A DNA stretch of 64,000 nucleotides from a virus, in the IMG/VR virus record IMGVR_UViG_3300037502_000580, positions 23,452 to 87,451 of that record. The stretch is one strand, 5' to 3'. The notes beneath the pieces are model-generated. The model was not told where the DNA came from, did no database searches, and saw only the letters and a list, made by a program, of their open reading frames with translations. A program made the position numbers and the translations under genes. Positions 1 to 8,884 of this stretch are shown here, one piece after another (positions within the stretch are counted from its first letter, which is position 1; each line of letters begins with the position of its first letter).

Positions 1-279
1 TATCAATTTCAGGCTAGAAGAGGAAAGGCATTTTTTAGTTTCTATGTCATAAAGGGAGCCGGTGATGGCATCCATAAGGAAAGTCTTTTTGCTGGGGTCT
101 GTGCCAATGTATACCGGCGTCATTATTCTTTCCCCCATGGTAGTTGTCCCAATCAAAAGTTGATGATCGCGTATCCACTCTTTTTTCTTGGACGTAATTC
201 CGTTGGGTGCAAAATAATCGAGACTGTAAAGATTGTGGGAATCAGCGATTCTTATGGGCACATCACTTGTGATCTTCAT
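1..279 (-). CDS. Hypothetical protein, 3' truncated by window edge (MKITSDVPIRIADSH...)
   Basis: Hand-translated open frame from ATG 279 to the window start; ATGA overlap with upstream gene stop. Confidence 0.6.
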   Translation of the reverse strand, partial: MKITSDVPIRIADSHNLYSLDYFAPNGITSKKKEWIRDHQLLIGTTTMGERIMTPVYIGTDPSKKTFLMDAITGSLYDIETKKCLSSSSLKLI

Positions 280-488
280 GTGTTCTTCCCCTTTGAAAAA
301 ACTTCTTTGCGTAACTTGTCGTACTCATCTTGTAAATCTGCTATCCAATCCTGAAGAATATCTAACCCGACCACATCTTTTGGCAAGTTTGGCAATAACC
401 TAACCTGACCTTCTTCTTTATTCATGTCGTAAAACAAACTCCCATGTATTAAGTATTTCTCTGGGTAGCTAAAGCTATGCCTTTTCAT
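276..488 (-). CDS. Hypothetical protein
   Basis: ORF track; start moved to MKRHSF, which follows an AGGAG RBS. Confidence 0.6.
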   Translation of the reverse strand: MKRHSFSYPEKYLIHGSLFYDMNKEEGQVRLLPNLPKDVVGLDILQDWIADLQDEYDKLRKEVFSKGKNT

Positions 489-714
489 TGTTCTTCTCCT
501 CCTTATCTCTACCATCCCACCCTGACTGAAACCCCGCATCCCACGCCTTGGCCCAGGCTATGCACCACAGTTCGTATGAACCATCCAGCGGGAACTTAAA
601 GTCCTCCTTACCTTTCATCATCGCCTTAACATCTTTGCGTCTGATGAACTTATCCCACGCTTGGTCGCGCTCTTTGTTCAGCATGGGTACATCATCAAAT
701 AGTCCTTTGCTCAT
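475..714 (-). CDS. Hypothetical protein
   Basis: ORF in tightly coupled minus-strand operon. Confidence 0.65.
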   Translation of the reverse strand: MSKGLFDDVPMLNKERDQAWDKFIRRKDVKAMMKGKEDFKFPLDGSYELWCIAWAKAWDAGFQSGWDGRDKEEKNNEKA

Positions 715-1043
715 TTCTCACCCCTTGCTCGGATTGCTTTGGCGCACTCGTCAGAAGCGTCACCTTTCCAAAGAGCTTCATCACTACGACCGGGCCATGA
801 CATTTGTTCACACACCTTCGCACACGCCTCACGCTCATCAGCAACGGCTTTTAACAATACTTTGCCAAAGTTATTTCTCTGACGTACTATTCGCCGCTCA
901 AACTCTTCATTTACTTTCTCTCGCTCATTTTCTGCTATTAGTCTGGCGAACTTCTGTAGGTCAAAATTTGACGCTCCATATGTAGATTTTTTTCTACCAA
1001 TGCCAGCCTTCTCTGCCATCTCAAGGACTTCTTCTCTGTTCAC
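711..1043 (-). CDS. Hypothetical phage protein (EREACAKVCE...CAKAIRARG type)
   Basis: Common small-phage-protein motif; 4-bp overlaps with neighbours. Confidence 0.75.
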   Translation of the reverse strand: MNREEVLEMAEKAGIGRKKSTYGASNFDLQKFARLIAENEREKVNEEFERRIVRQRNNFGKVLLKAVADEREACAKVCEQMSWPGRSDEALWKGDASDECAKAIRARGEK

Positions 1044-1237
1044 GTCGTTCTCCTCTCAATCAGGTTGAACGGGTCATGCCATTTATAAGTCACGGGTACA
1101 ACTTCGTAATACAAAAACATATTGGATGGCCCACGTTTTTTTGCCATCAGTCCTGCCTCGACCTGTCTATCTAAGCGGCTACGGGCGGCTTTGAGCGAGA
1201 TCTTTTTCTTCTTGGCGAAGTCTTTGATGGTCATCAT
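1040..1237 (-). CDS. Small winged-helix-like DNA-binding protein
   Basis: TIKDFAKKKKISLKAARSRLDRQVEAGL pattern. Confidence 0.55.
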   Translation of the reverse strand: MMTIKDFAKKKKISLKAARSRLDRQVEAGLMAKKRGPSNMFLYYEVVPVTYKWHDPFNLIERRTT

Positions 1238-1551
1238 GTGCCGCGCCCCCTACTGCAAGGCCAGATAGCCTCCAACTTGTTACGAATAAGACTGTCTGCG
1301 GTGTAGTGCCGAGACGCAGGGTTATCTTCTAAATGCTTCTTGATGATGTCCTGCACCTGACCAGAAGTGATGCCGCTAGGTGGGCAGACTGTCACAGTCG
1401 TAAATGTATCGGTCACTCCCATGACGTAACCCAAAGCCAACATCTGACGCATGTTGCTCCCGTTCATATCGGACAAAAGGTTGTTACCAGACATGAACTC
1501 AGCCTGCGCCATTGCTGGCACGAACATCAGACTCAGAAGTAACTTTTTCAT
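1234..1551 (-). CDS. Rap1a/Tai-family (T6SS amidase immunity-like) secreted protein
   Basis: Signal peptide MKKLLLSLMFVPAMAQA; SGNNLL, GYVMGVTD, CPPSGITSGQ, HLEDNPASRH and WPC motifs typical of Rap1a. Confidence 0.75.
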   Translation of the reverse strand: MKKLLLSLMFVPAMAQAEFMSGNNLLSDMNGSNMRQMLALGYVMGVTDTFTTVTVCPPSGITSGQVQDIIKKHLEDNPASRHYTADSLIRNKLEAIWPCSRGRGT

Positions 1552-1835
1552 TTCCATTCCCCTATGAGATCCCTACCCTCATCGGTAACTGCAATGTAGT
1601 GACAACGCTCGTCCTGGCCTCTAACCCGAACATCCTTCACGTACTTGCGCCGCTTCAGCCTAGCCACGTACTTATGTGTAGTAGCCTGACTGGAGATCTT
1701 TTCCCGCAAGGCATCGTTGACTAACGTTTGAGTCAGCACCTCTTTGGGGTATGTGGTCATCTGCTCCAAGAGCATCAACTCTTTAAAATCTAACTTCTTT
1801 TCCTTAATGAATTTGAACGCTTGCATCGGTGTCAT
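1548..1835 (-). CDS. MarR-like winged-helix protein
   Basis: SQATTHKYVARLKRRKYV...DERCHYIAVTDEG pattern. Confidence 0.65.
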   Translation of the reverse strand: MTPMQAFKFIKEKKLDFKELMLLEQMTTYPKEVLTQTLVNDALREKISSQATTHKYVARLKRRKYVKDVRVRGQDERCHYIAVTDEGRDLIGEWK

Positions 1836-2029
1836 TTCAGTAAAACTCCTCTAACGTATCGTTTATTACGGGATACCAGCACATCTTTAACTAACCCGGC
1901 TTTGATTAAGGCCACCATAGCTGCTCGTGCCGTATCGGTAGTGCAATCCATACGCTCTGCAATGTCCCATGCAGTGACCGGGGTCTTGCGGGTACGTAGA
2001 TACGGTAGAAGTTTGTCTGCCACACTCAT
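1832..2029 (-). CDS. Small winged-helix protein
   Basis: TAWDIAERMDCTTDTARAAMVALIKAGLV pattern. Confidence 0.65.
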   Translation of the reverse strand: MSVADKLLPYLRTRKTPVTAWDIAERMDCTTDTARAAMVALIKAGLVKDVLVSRNKRYVRGVLLK

Positions 2030-2223
2030 CAGAACGGTGCCTCTTCACAAGTAACCTTTGTCAGTTTTTGCTTTTCCTGGCTTGCAAAGTACTTCTGGAC
2101 TAGCTTTCTTTCTTCCGGCGTCTTGAAGGGCCAATCCCATCTGTCCATCGTAAGGCCCGAGGGGTGCATATGTTGTGGGAAATTTTTCAAGTGGTGGGGC
2201 TTCGCTGTTTCCTGTGATTGCAT
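2029..2223 (-). CDS. Hypothetical protein (WDWPFKT...EEAPF)
   Basis: 3' part of ORF 2029..2418; stop overlaps the next start. Confidence 0.5.
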   Translation of the reverse strand: MQSQETAKPHHLKNFPQHMHPSGLTMDRWDWPFKTPEERKLVQKYFASQEKQKLTKVTCEEAPF

Positions 2224-2479
2224 GTTTAAGCATCGCTTCCTTGAGTCGTGTCCGTTCAACATCTTGGTAGTACTCTCGTATCGCCCAAGACACAAATTTA
2301 GATTCCAATTTCGTAAGTGCCATTTTTGATATGTCTGATCCGTTAGTGGATAACACTCTCCTGCGTATAAAGAACTCAGGCAGGCGACCACTCTCATACA
2401 ACACCCGTAGCTCACCACAAAACAGACTATCTGGCAAGTAGCTAAAGGCTTTTAGTAAAAATTTGACCGGCATTATCAA
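2045..2479 (-). CDS. Hypothetical protein
   Basis: ORF with GGAGG RBS upstream; 3' end overlaps 2029..2223. Confidence 0.5.
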   Translation of the reverse strand: MIMPVKFLLKAFSYLPDSLFCGELRVLYESGRLPEFFIRRRVLSTNGSDISKMALTKLESKFVSWAIREYYQDVERTRLKEAMLKHAITGNSEAPPLEKFPTTYAPLGPYDGQMGLALQDAGRKKASPEVLCKPGKAKTDKGYL

Positions 2480-2509
2480 GTGATCGCCTCCATACTGTTA
2501 GGTTGAGGT

Positions 2510-2719
2510 TTACGCCAGCTTGCGGGGCCGCCCCGGCTTGCGCTTAGCGGGTTTGGCTGGACTTGTCACGTTGTGACGGGCTAATACGTGGGCGAACTCG
2601 TCTTTAGTTACAGGTTGCCATGCTGTTGCCTTGTTAGCTGTACGCACCTGGGTCTCAAGCCCATCGGCGTAGCGGCATAGCGCCTCAATAATGATCTCGT
2701 ATCGCGTCTTTTCATTCAT
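2510..2719 (-). CDS. Small protein with C-terminal AT-hook-like motif
   Basis: KRKPGRPRK at C-terminus; GAGG RBS. Confidence 0.65.
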   Translation of the reverse strand: MNEKTRYEIIIEALCRYADGLETQVRTANKATAWQPVTKDEFAHVLARHNVTSPAKPAKRKPGRPRKLA

Positions 2720-2774
2720 CTTTTTATCCTCTCAGGGAACTGGTTTCAGGTGTTCATCGCAAAATTTACGCACG

Positions 2775-2800
2775 AAAAAAATCCCAGCGTATAGCTGGGA
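2775..2800 (-). terminator. Rho-independent terminator
   Basis: Minus strand TCCCAGC-TATAC-GCTGGGA followed by T7. Confidence 0.75.
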
Positions 2801-2937
2801 CTGGGCAGTTTCTGAAAAGTTCCGTCACATTGTGACGATTAGGCGAATAAAAATAGGTGTGGGGTCAACTCTCTGGAGACACGGAAAATGATCTAACCGT
2901 AAAAGGAAAGCCCCCCACTGCGGGTGTTGTTCGCATG

Positions 2938-3252
2938 TCAACACGTCACCTCCCGCTGGACGCCACCGCTATCAATTCTGTCCAACAACTCAATAAGGTT
3001 TGTTATGTCCTCCCGCACGACGAGAGCCTCGCCCCCGGCATTACGAATATCCTGTAAATGTTTATCCTGCAGGGCTGTAGTTTGCCCCTTACCTGCTTTG
3101 CACTCAATACCTACAAACCTACCCTTGTAGCAAACCAAGATGTCGGGGACGCCTGCATTGCCAAACCCACCAGCAACCGGCATGGCATAGTAAGCGCCCC
3201 GCTCCTTGAGAAGTTTAGTTACTCGGGCTTTGACTTTCGCTTCTGGGGTCAA
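2938..3252 (-). CDS. VRR-NUC family nuclease
   Basis: TPEAKVK...GVPDIL...GIECKAGKG...Q motif; TTG start 9 nt after GGAG. Confidence 0.9.
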   Translation of the reverse strand: MTPEAKVKARVTKLLKERGAYYAMPVAGGFGNAGVPDILVCYKGRFVGIECKAGKGQTTALQDKHLQDIRNAGGEALVVREDITNLIELLDRIDSGGVQREVTC

Positions 3253-4174
3253 CGAAGTTATCTCCAATCAGCACATACGCATTACACATAGTGCCTTGAA
3301 TCATACCGACACCCGGAACGCTCATGTCTCTGCTTGTCGTGGGTACTATATCTAAGACAGCCATGGAGCCAAGAATATCCGCAGGGAGATTACTTTTCCC
3401 GATAACCTTGTCGAACAAATAGTCTTTGCTACCGTTTGTCACAATGTGACGAACAACTGTGAACTTCTCACCAGGAGACTCGACAACGAGAACGCTGTGC
3501 TTCATAAGTTCTGCACGCGCAGCCTTGGCTTCGTCTATCTTGGCAAAGGCTTCTTCAAAGCAACGCTTGATAGACTTACCCTCAACCGTCTCGATGCCAT
3601 CACCCCCACACAAAAGGCTACGCATGACCCGAGTCTGCGTCTCAGCGTTCATGTAATACAACTTACGCACGAGATTGTCTATCTCACTCTCGCTCTTAGT
3701 GAACTCCGAACTCTTGTCGATGAATGTACTCGCATTACTCTTTAAGTACTCAGCCAGTGAGGACTGTGCTGTCGGTCGAAGCGCGTGAACATACTTATGT
3801 ATAGCGTTCCGATCCAGCGTACGCCTGACATTGAACGGACGACGGGTCTGCACATCGTAGTCAAACCGAATCTGCAACTGTGGTTTTTTCCTCTCGCTAC
3901 CATCGGGCCTGTGAATACAGAAGCCACCAACATCTTTGTACTCACTGAAGATAACGACATCGCTGATGCGTCGCCGGTCTGAATCAAAATTAACACGATC
4001 AAAACTGACACGCACAAAGAACTCATCATTCTTGGGGTGGGTAAGCAATGCCTCCATACCCGTACGCATCAACATGTTCTCCTCTGACACATCAAGGTCT
4101 GGACGCCCAAAGATAGCCCTCACGGTCTGGATAGTAATGGGGCAAATCATTTCCTGCTCGGCTGCTTGTCGCAT
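3215..4174 (-). CDS. Hypothetical protein (319 aa)
   Basis: Long ORF with AAGGAG RBS. Confidence 0.8.
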   Translation of the reverse strand: MRQAAEQEMICPITIQTVRAIFGRPDLDVSEENMLMRTGMEALLTHPKNDEFFVRVSFDRVNFDSDRRRISDVVIFSEYKDVGGFCIHRPDGSERKKPQLQIRFDYDVQTRRPFNVRRTLDRNAIHKYVHALRPTAQSSLAEYLKSNASTFIDKSSEFTKSESEIDNLVRKLYYMNAETQTRVMRSLLCGGDGIETVEGKSIKRCFEEAFAKIDEAKAARAELMKHSVLVVESPGEKFTVVRHIVTNGSKDYLFDKVIGKSNLPADILGSMAVLDIVPTTSRDMSVPGVGMIQGTMCNAYVLIGDNFVDPRSESQSPSN

Positions 4175-4185
4175 TGTGACACTCC

Positions 4186-5082
4186 TTAGAATGAAAACTT
4201 GTTGATGATGTCGTTGACACGGGCATGCACATCAGTGCGAACCAGCACAGACTCACGAAGATCTTTAGCCGTGATGCCTAGCATGGCCTGCTCCAACTCT
4301 CGGCGTGCCTCCTCCAGTCGTGGGTCGTTCGCAATGTTTAGCGAAGACAGGAGCGCACACATCTCCTGCGTGTTGGTAACGAGCGAGTCACGGAATACTT
4401 TCTTCTCCCCACCATCATCAACAGCCAAACGCTCAGAAAGATGTTTAAGGGTGGTGTGCAGTCTGTCCCACACATCCTGCATCGCCTCCTGCATCTTGGC
4501 CTGGAAGTGCGTCTCGTACTGCGCGGTCAACTCTGCCTGCATCTCGTTGCTCACATCAACACGGAAGTCACCGGACGACGGCAGTGGGTAGTAGTTCACA
4601 TTGAAGTAGAACTTGCGATCCACCTCGGACTGCGTTGGGTACTCGTCTGCGTTAAACATGTCACCGAGTTCAAAGGCAACCGCAGACTTTAGCGTCGGGT
4701 AGACTGTCACAAAGTGACGCTTCAAGTCGTGCAGTTCGGTTAACTTCTCATTGGCTATCGTCACATAGTTCAGATAGTTCTTCATTGGCAGAAGACGGAT
4801 GCCGCTATCCAGCCAGGGTATAGTCTGCGTGTAGTGCCAATTACGAAACGCGCCGACTGCCTTCTTCAGGTCGTCATGCTCTTTGACCCCAGGCAATAAG
4901 TTCTTACTGTAATTACCAGCACGGCTCTTGGCGTTCTTGTTCTGCGCCACCTCCTCAGACACAGCGCGGTCAGTCTTACGGGCCTGCCAGAACCCGATGT
5001 TGAGTTCGACAAGCATTGATTGGTTAATCATTGCGGTTACGTTGCTTGGGTTCAAGCTCATGTTTGTTTGCGTGGTTTGCAT
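4186..5082 (-). CDS. DUF3150-like protein commonly found with phage AAA/vWA loci
   Basis: W.ARKTD..VS.EV, TIPW.D.G.RLLP, YP..SEV..KF, LNI.NDP.LE motifs. Confidence 0.6.
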   Translation of the reverse strand: MQTTQTNMSLNPSNVTAMINQSMLVELNIGFWQARKTDRAVSEEVAQNKNAKSRAGNYSKNLLPGVKEHDDLKKAVGAFRNWHYTQTIPWLDSGIRLLPMKNYLNYVTIANEKLTELHDLKRHFVTVYPTLKSAVAFELGDMFNADEYPTQSEVDRKFYFNVNYYPLPSSGDFRVDVSNEMQAELTAQYETHFQAKMQEAMQDVWDRLHTTLKHLSERLAVDDGGEKKVFRDSLVTNTQEMCALLSSLNIANDPRLEEARRELEQAMLGITAKDLRESVLVRTDVHARVNDIINKFSF

Positions 5083-5096
5083 GGTTCTCTCCAGAG

Positions 5097-6317
5097 TTAA
5101 AGTTTGATTACCTTGCCGGGGAAGTTCCCGACCCTACCTTTACTGCTAATCACCCAGACCGTAGGCGGCATGCCGCTCCAGTCACCTACATCACCAACCT
5201 CTCCATCAGTAAAGATGACCAAAGCCTGACTTGTCACTTTGTGACAGAGCATGTACTCCCTAACGCAACCAACTGTCGTGCCTCCACCTCCTTCCGGTTT
5301 AGTAGACTGCGGGATGCTGTCTATCTGATCTTGCGTATAGATCTCGTGCTTGCACACTGTCGTGTCCCAATACAGCAGATGAATCTTCTCGGGCTGCACT
5401 ATCTTGCAGATGCCCACCAACTCAGAGAGGAACTCGATAAGTTCAGACTGCCCGATAGATCCTGACATGTCAGTGGCAATCGTTATCGACTCCATCGACT
5501 CCGAGATCGATGTTGGCATGTACATGTCCTGAGACACGAACCTTCTGTTAGGACGCCGCCATGACGAGTCACTGCGTGCGGCACATGTTGAGATCATGAA
5601 TTCCCTAAGAAGTTCATACGGGTTAAGTTTAGGTTCCAACAAGTCAGCGAAGTCTCGTTGTCCACCCGAGCCAGCCTCTCCCTTCTTCTTAAGTAAGATC
5701 TCGCCTTGCCGGAGCGCCTGATCAATCTTGCGCTCAACTTCCTTGCGCTCCTCTTCATTCCAAGACTCTGCACTTTGCCAATCGTGTTCATCAAACCCTC
5801 CGCTGTTATCGCCATCACCGTCGTCACCATCATCGCCGTCGTCGCCGTCGTCGTCGCCGTCATCTTCATCTTGTTCCTGCATTAAGATGTCAAAGACTTG
5901 TCGGGCATCCATACCCTCAAACCGCTTGTCCATGCACCCATTCGCAGGCATCTGGGCAACTTCTCCATACGGGTCGTACTTAGTGATCTGCAGGTTGATG
6001 ACATGATCGCAGGCGGCATTGGCGATCTTGGGGTTCTGCTCGTAGAGGTTGCGCCACACCAGCATATGTTTGTAGGCCTTGTGCCAATTCTCATGCAGCA
6101 CCAGGAAGTTCAACTCTTTGTCGGTCAGACTTGTCACAAAGTGACGCCCGTACTGAGTGTTCAGCCCGTCAGTCCGTGCTGTCATCTTGGGGTTGTCCAC
6201 GACCTCGGTCTTGCCAGAGACAAGAATCCCCGACATAAGAATAAACTTCTTATGCGCCATGAGCGTCACATGCGCTCTGTGCAGGCGTTGTTCAGCCGTT
6301 AGTTTTGAAAGATCCAT
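5097..6317 (-). CDS. DUF2201-type metallopeptidase (HExxH) fused to vWA-like domain
   Basis: TARTDG, LHENWH, ANAACDHVIN; acidic linker; SWRRPNRR; DMSGS (MIDAS) and GGGGT, FTDG motifs. Confidence 0.9.
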   Translation of the reverse strand: MDLSKLTAEQRLHRAHVTLMAHKKFILMSGILVSGKTEVVDNPKMTARTDGLNTQYGRHFVTSLTDKELNFLVLHENWHKAYKHMLVWRNLYEQNPKIANAACDHVINLQITKYDPYGEVAQMPANGCMDKRFEGMDARQVFDILMQEQDEDDGDDDGDDGDDGDDGDGDNSGGFDEHDWQSAESWNEEERKEVERKIDQALRQGEILLKKKGEAGSGGQRDFADLLEPKLNPYELLREFMISTCAARSDSSWRRPNRRFVSQDMYMPTSISESMESITIATDMSGSIGQSELIEFLSELVGICKIVQPEKIHLLYWDTTVCKHEIYTQDQIDSIPQSTKPEGGGGTTVGCVREYMLCHKVTSQALVIFTDGEVGDVGDWSGMPPTVWVISSKGRVGNFPGKVIKL

Positions 6318-6331
6318 CTGTATCTCCTCAA

Positions 6332-6724
6332 TTAATTAACACGAAGTATCGTGATCTCAGTTCTGTCTGCATTGAATTCAGTCAGGTAGTTCTTAGACCC
6401 AAACAATCTACGACCCGAATTGCACACGACCGAACGCATAGTGTCTGGGTGGTACTTGCATGGGATAGTCGCTGTCTGCCCAGGCTCAAGCGGGGCGATG
6501 TACTCATTAACATACTCAGACGGCTCACCCCTCTTTGCTTCAGGGTTGCGGGTTGCGACACGCGCAGGCTTCTCCTTCTTTTTCTTCTGCGGTTCGATGA
6601 CCCCATCGGGGTCATGCACGATAACTTCTCCGTCAGCCAGCACGACTTTGAACGAGGCTCCGCTGTTGCGTAGGAAGGCGAGTTGCGTCTCGGTTGCTTT
6701 ACGAACGATGCTTGTGATTGCCAT
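6332..6724 (-). CDS. Hypothetical basic protein between ATPase and vWA-peptidase genes
   Basis: ORF with GAGGAG RBS. Confidence 0.75.
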   Translation of the reverse strand: MAITSIVRKATETQLAFLRNSGASFKVVLADGEVIVHDPDGVIEPQKKKKEKPARVATRNPEAKRGEPSEYVNEYIAPLEPGQTATIPCKYHPDTMRSVVCNSGRRLFGSKNYLTEFNADRTEITILRVN

Positions 6725-6744
6725 GACTGTATCTCCTCAATTAG

Positions 6745-7815
6745 TTAGCGTGCTTTGGCAAAGATGTAGTTATTGCGTGTGGCCCAGTCAATGAATGACG
6801 CATGGCCTGCCGCCTTGGCGTTGTCAGACTCAAGTAGTGAACGCGCAAATACGCCTTGGTTCTCTTTGGGTAGACGCTCAAGGTAGATCATCCAGCGTTC
6901 GATGTTCTCGCGCTTAACATGTAAGACAGCCTTGTAGGTCATGATGCAGTTCGCCACGGGGTCACTCGGTATGCTTATGCCATGCGGGTCAGCGAGAATA
7001 GAATCGAAGGTCGGCATCTTGTCATCCAGGTTGATGAACGCATGCAGAGACCGCGCACCAGACTCGCCAATCGAACCGATCAAGGCTGCAAGCATTGGCT
7101 CATCACCGATTAACTTGCGCTTCTTCACGATGTTGGATGCCTTCTCAAACGAACGCGGAGAACAGAAGGCTGTCTGGACTTCTTTAGGGTTGAAGATGTA
7201 CTGGTTCTTGGCCTGGCTGGGGTCAAGATAGGAAGCCATGGTCTCGGGGTACTGATCAACGAACGCGATAACTTGTTCTGTCACGTTGTGACGGATCGCC
7301 CACTTGATCCACTCTTCAGCCGTGGGCTTACGGAAATTGACCACAGCCATACGGTTCTGGGCGTGCGCTTTGAGATGATCGCCTACGCCATCCTGCGACA
7401 GATTGCCCGTGGCAAAACGCAAAGACCCCTCGGGTAAGTAAGTGTCACCGATGCGCCCCTCAAGTAAGAGAGGCAATAACATGTTCTGCACAGACTGCGA
7501 TGCTTTGGTCAGCTCGTCCAGCATAAGAATGACGGGCCTGCCCGTGTGCAGTTTGAAGTGTGCGTTTGGATAATATCGCGTGCAGTTCAACTCTCTGTCG
7601 ATGAACGGCATTGCAATGTCGCCCAGGTCAAGGTTCGCGCAGTCGATGTACGCTACCTCGTGATCGGGGAATAACTTAGCAAGATCTTTGAGCATGGATG
7701 ACTTGCCAACACCAGGCTCGCCACGGAAAAGAATCGTGTCGGTCTGGCCCAGGTTTGCCACCATGGCAACGGCTTGCTCGTGATTTACGGAAGTTCCAAA
7801 TGTGATAGTACCCAT
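6745..7815 (-). CDS. MoxR/dynein-related AAA+ ATPase
   Basis: Walker A GEPGVGKS, Walker B ILMLDE, ATGN sensor, SPRS motif. Confidence 0.9.
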   Translation of the reverse strand: MGTITFGTSVNHEQAVAMVANLGQTDTILFRGEPGVGKSSMLKDLAKLFPDHEVAYIDCANLDLGDIAMPFIDRELNCTRYYPNAHFKLHTGRPVILMLDELTKASQSVQNMLLPLLLEGRIGDTYLPEGSLRFATGNLSQDGVGDHLKAHAQNRMAVVNFRKPTAEEWIKWAIRHNVTEQVIAFVDQYPETMASYLDPSQAKNQYIFNPKEVQTAFCSPRSFEKASNIVKKRKLIGDEPMLAALIGSIGESGARSLHAFINLDDKMPTFDSILADPHGISIPSDPVANCIMTYKAVLHVKRENIERWMIYLERLPKENQGVFARSLLESDNAKAAGHASFIDWATRNNYIFAKAR

Positions 7816-7867
7816 GATGCGTAATGCTCCTTAAGATGTTAGAAAGATAAAACACAGGAATAAAAAA

Positions 7868-7898
7868 TAAAAACAAAAACAAAACAAAACAAAACAAC
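7868..7898. repeat. (AAAAC)n microsatellite in leader of AAA ATPase gene
   Basis: taaaaacaaaaacaaaacaaaacaaaacaac. Confidence 0.8.
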
Positions 7899-7986
7899 TA
7901 CATCTACCGCCTACATCTGCCGTCACAATGTGACAGCCCCAGCCATACATCAACAACTTAATAGACAAATCTATAACCTACCCTTA

Positions 7987-8015
7987 TTGGACAAGAAAAG
8001 CCGAACAAAAGTTCC
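7987..8015 (-). promoter_or_regulatory. SigmaE/AlgU-type ECF promoter
   Basis: Minus strand GGAACTT-TTGTTCGGCTTTTCTT(16)-GTCCAA then TAAGGGTAGG. Confidence 0.75.
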
Positions 8016-8031
8016 CTACCCCTGAAATGTT

Positions 8032-8217
8032 TCAGGTTACATTCAGGAAGTCTTGACCGAACCATCCACTGCTCCCATCGGCAAAGGCGATCTTGTAGTA
8101 GATGTTGTTGCCGAACCATTCCCACTCGACTACTAGTCCGGCATCATCAATGCCACGCACATCTACGACCTCGCCCACATTAAACATCTGCCCGATGTCA
8201 CTTTGTGACACGCTCAC
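8032..8217 (-). CDS. Small SH3/KOW-like hypothetical protein
   Basis: FNVGEVVDV...YYKIAFADGSSGWF; AGGAGG RBS. Confidence 0.6.
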   Translation of the reverse strand: MSVSQSDIGQMFNVGEVVDVRGIDDAGLVVEWEWFGNNIYYKIAFADGSSGWFGQDFLNVT

Positions 8218-8220
8218 CTC

Positions 8221-8367
8221 CTAATAAGAAAGCATCATCAGAATCATGTAGGCCAGGAACGCAGCAAAGGCAAGACCAAGAACGCCTAAGAAGTCAAGGA
8301 ACACTGCCCTAAATTCCTTTGCCCGACGAATACGCCTACGCCTTTCGATTGAGTTGATTGAAGTCAT
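8221..8367 (-). CDS. 48-aa membrane protein (not in ORF track)
   Basis: Hand translation MTSINSIERRRRIRRAKEFRAVFLDFLGVLGLAFAAFLAYMILMMLSY; fills the gap with an ATGA overlap. Confidence 0.6.
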   Translation of the reverse strand: MTSINSIERRRRIRRAKEFRAVFLDFLGVLGLAFAAFLAYMILMMLSY

Positions 8368-8576
8368 ACATCTCCCCCTTTTTCTCCGCGTGAATAGATC
8401 GTGTCCATCGTCTCTGCTACGAACGACAGGGCAATGCGCTTCTCAGTGCCACTACGAAACGCCGCCACAGCCAGCACGAACGCTAGTGCTGGTATCACTT
8501 GATCGATATGGTGACCATTGAGCGCCTCATCTATCTGCATGAGTAGGCGCTTGTACTTCTTATCGTCTATTTCCAT
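8364..8576 (-). CDS. Hypothetical protein
   Basis: Start moved to MEIDDKK after GGAGG. Confidence 0.6.
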   Translation of the reverse strand: MEIDDKKYKRLLMQIDEALNGHHIDQVIPALAFVLAVAAFRSGTEKRIALSFVAETMDTIYSRGEKGGDV

Positions 8577-8580
8577 TTCC

Positions 8581-8883
8581 CTACCTCCATGTCCTATGCG
8601 TCTCCGCAACATGCTCCATCCCGTCGTACTCCTCGACGAACCACTCCACGCCATCCGGCACAGAGAGAACCTTCAACTCGGCGTAGTTACCATTGGCCCT
8701 ATCGCCTAACTCCTCAACGACTGCCACCAGATCGGCATCGTCGCGGGGCAGGAAATACTCCAGGGTCGCCTTGGCCTCATCGTTGTCCTCGTAGTTCTCA
8801 CCCTTGCGAATCGCTAACATCTTTATGGCAAGGTCAGACAGTCCGAACCCGCCATAGCATCTATTAACCACGACTTTCTGCAT
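8581..8883 (-). CDS. Conserved phage protein (KVVVNRCYGGFGLS...EYDGMEHV family)
   Basis: Recognisable widespread phage motif. Confidence 0.8.
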   Translation of the reverse strand: MQKVVVNRCYGGFGLSDLAIKMLAIRKGENYEDNDEAKATLEYFLPRDDADLVAVVEELGDRANGNYAELKVLSVPDGVEWFVEEYDGMEHVAETHRTWR

Positions 8884-8884
8884 C

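Noticed and set aside
2796-2823. Sixth sigmaE promoter (GGAACTT-N15-GTCCCA abutting a palindrome)
   Set aside because: Weak -10 that lies inside the terminator stem; possible but not called
5103-5128. GGAACTT...ATCAAA at the end of the vWA gene as a sigmaE promoter
   Set aside because: Spacer is only 13 nt
7676-7897. Hydrophobic ORF MFCFVLFLFLFF
   Set aside because: Artefact of the GTTTT microsatellite; overlaps the ATPase start
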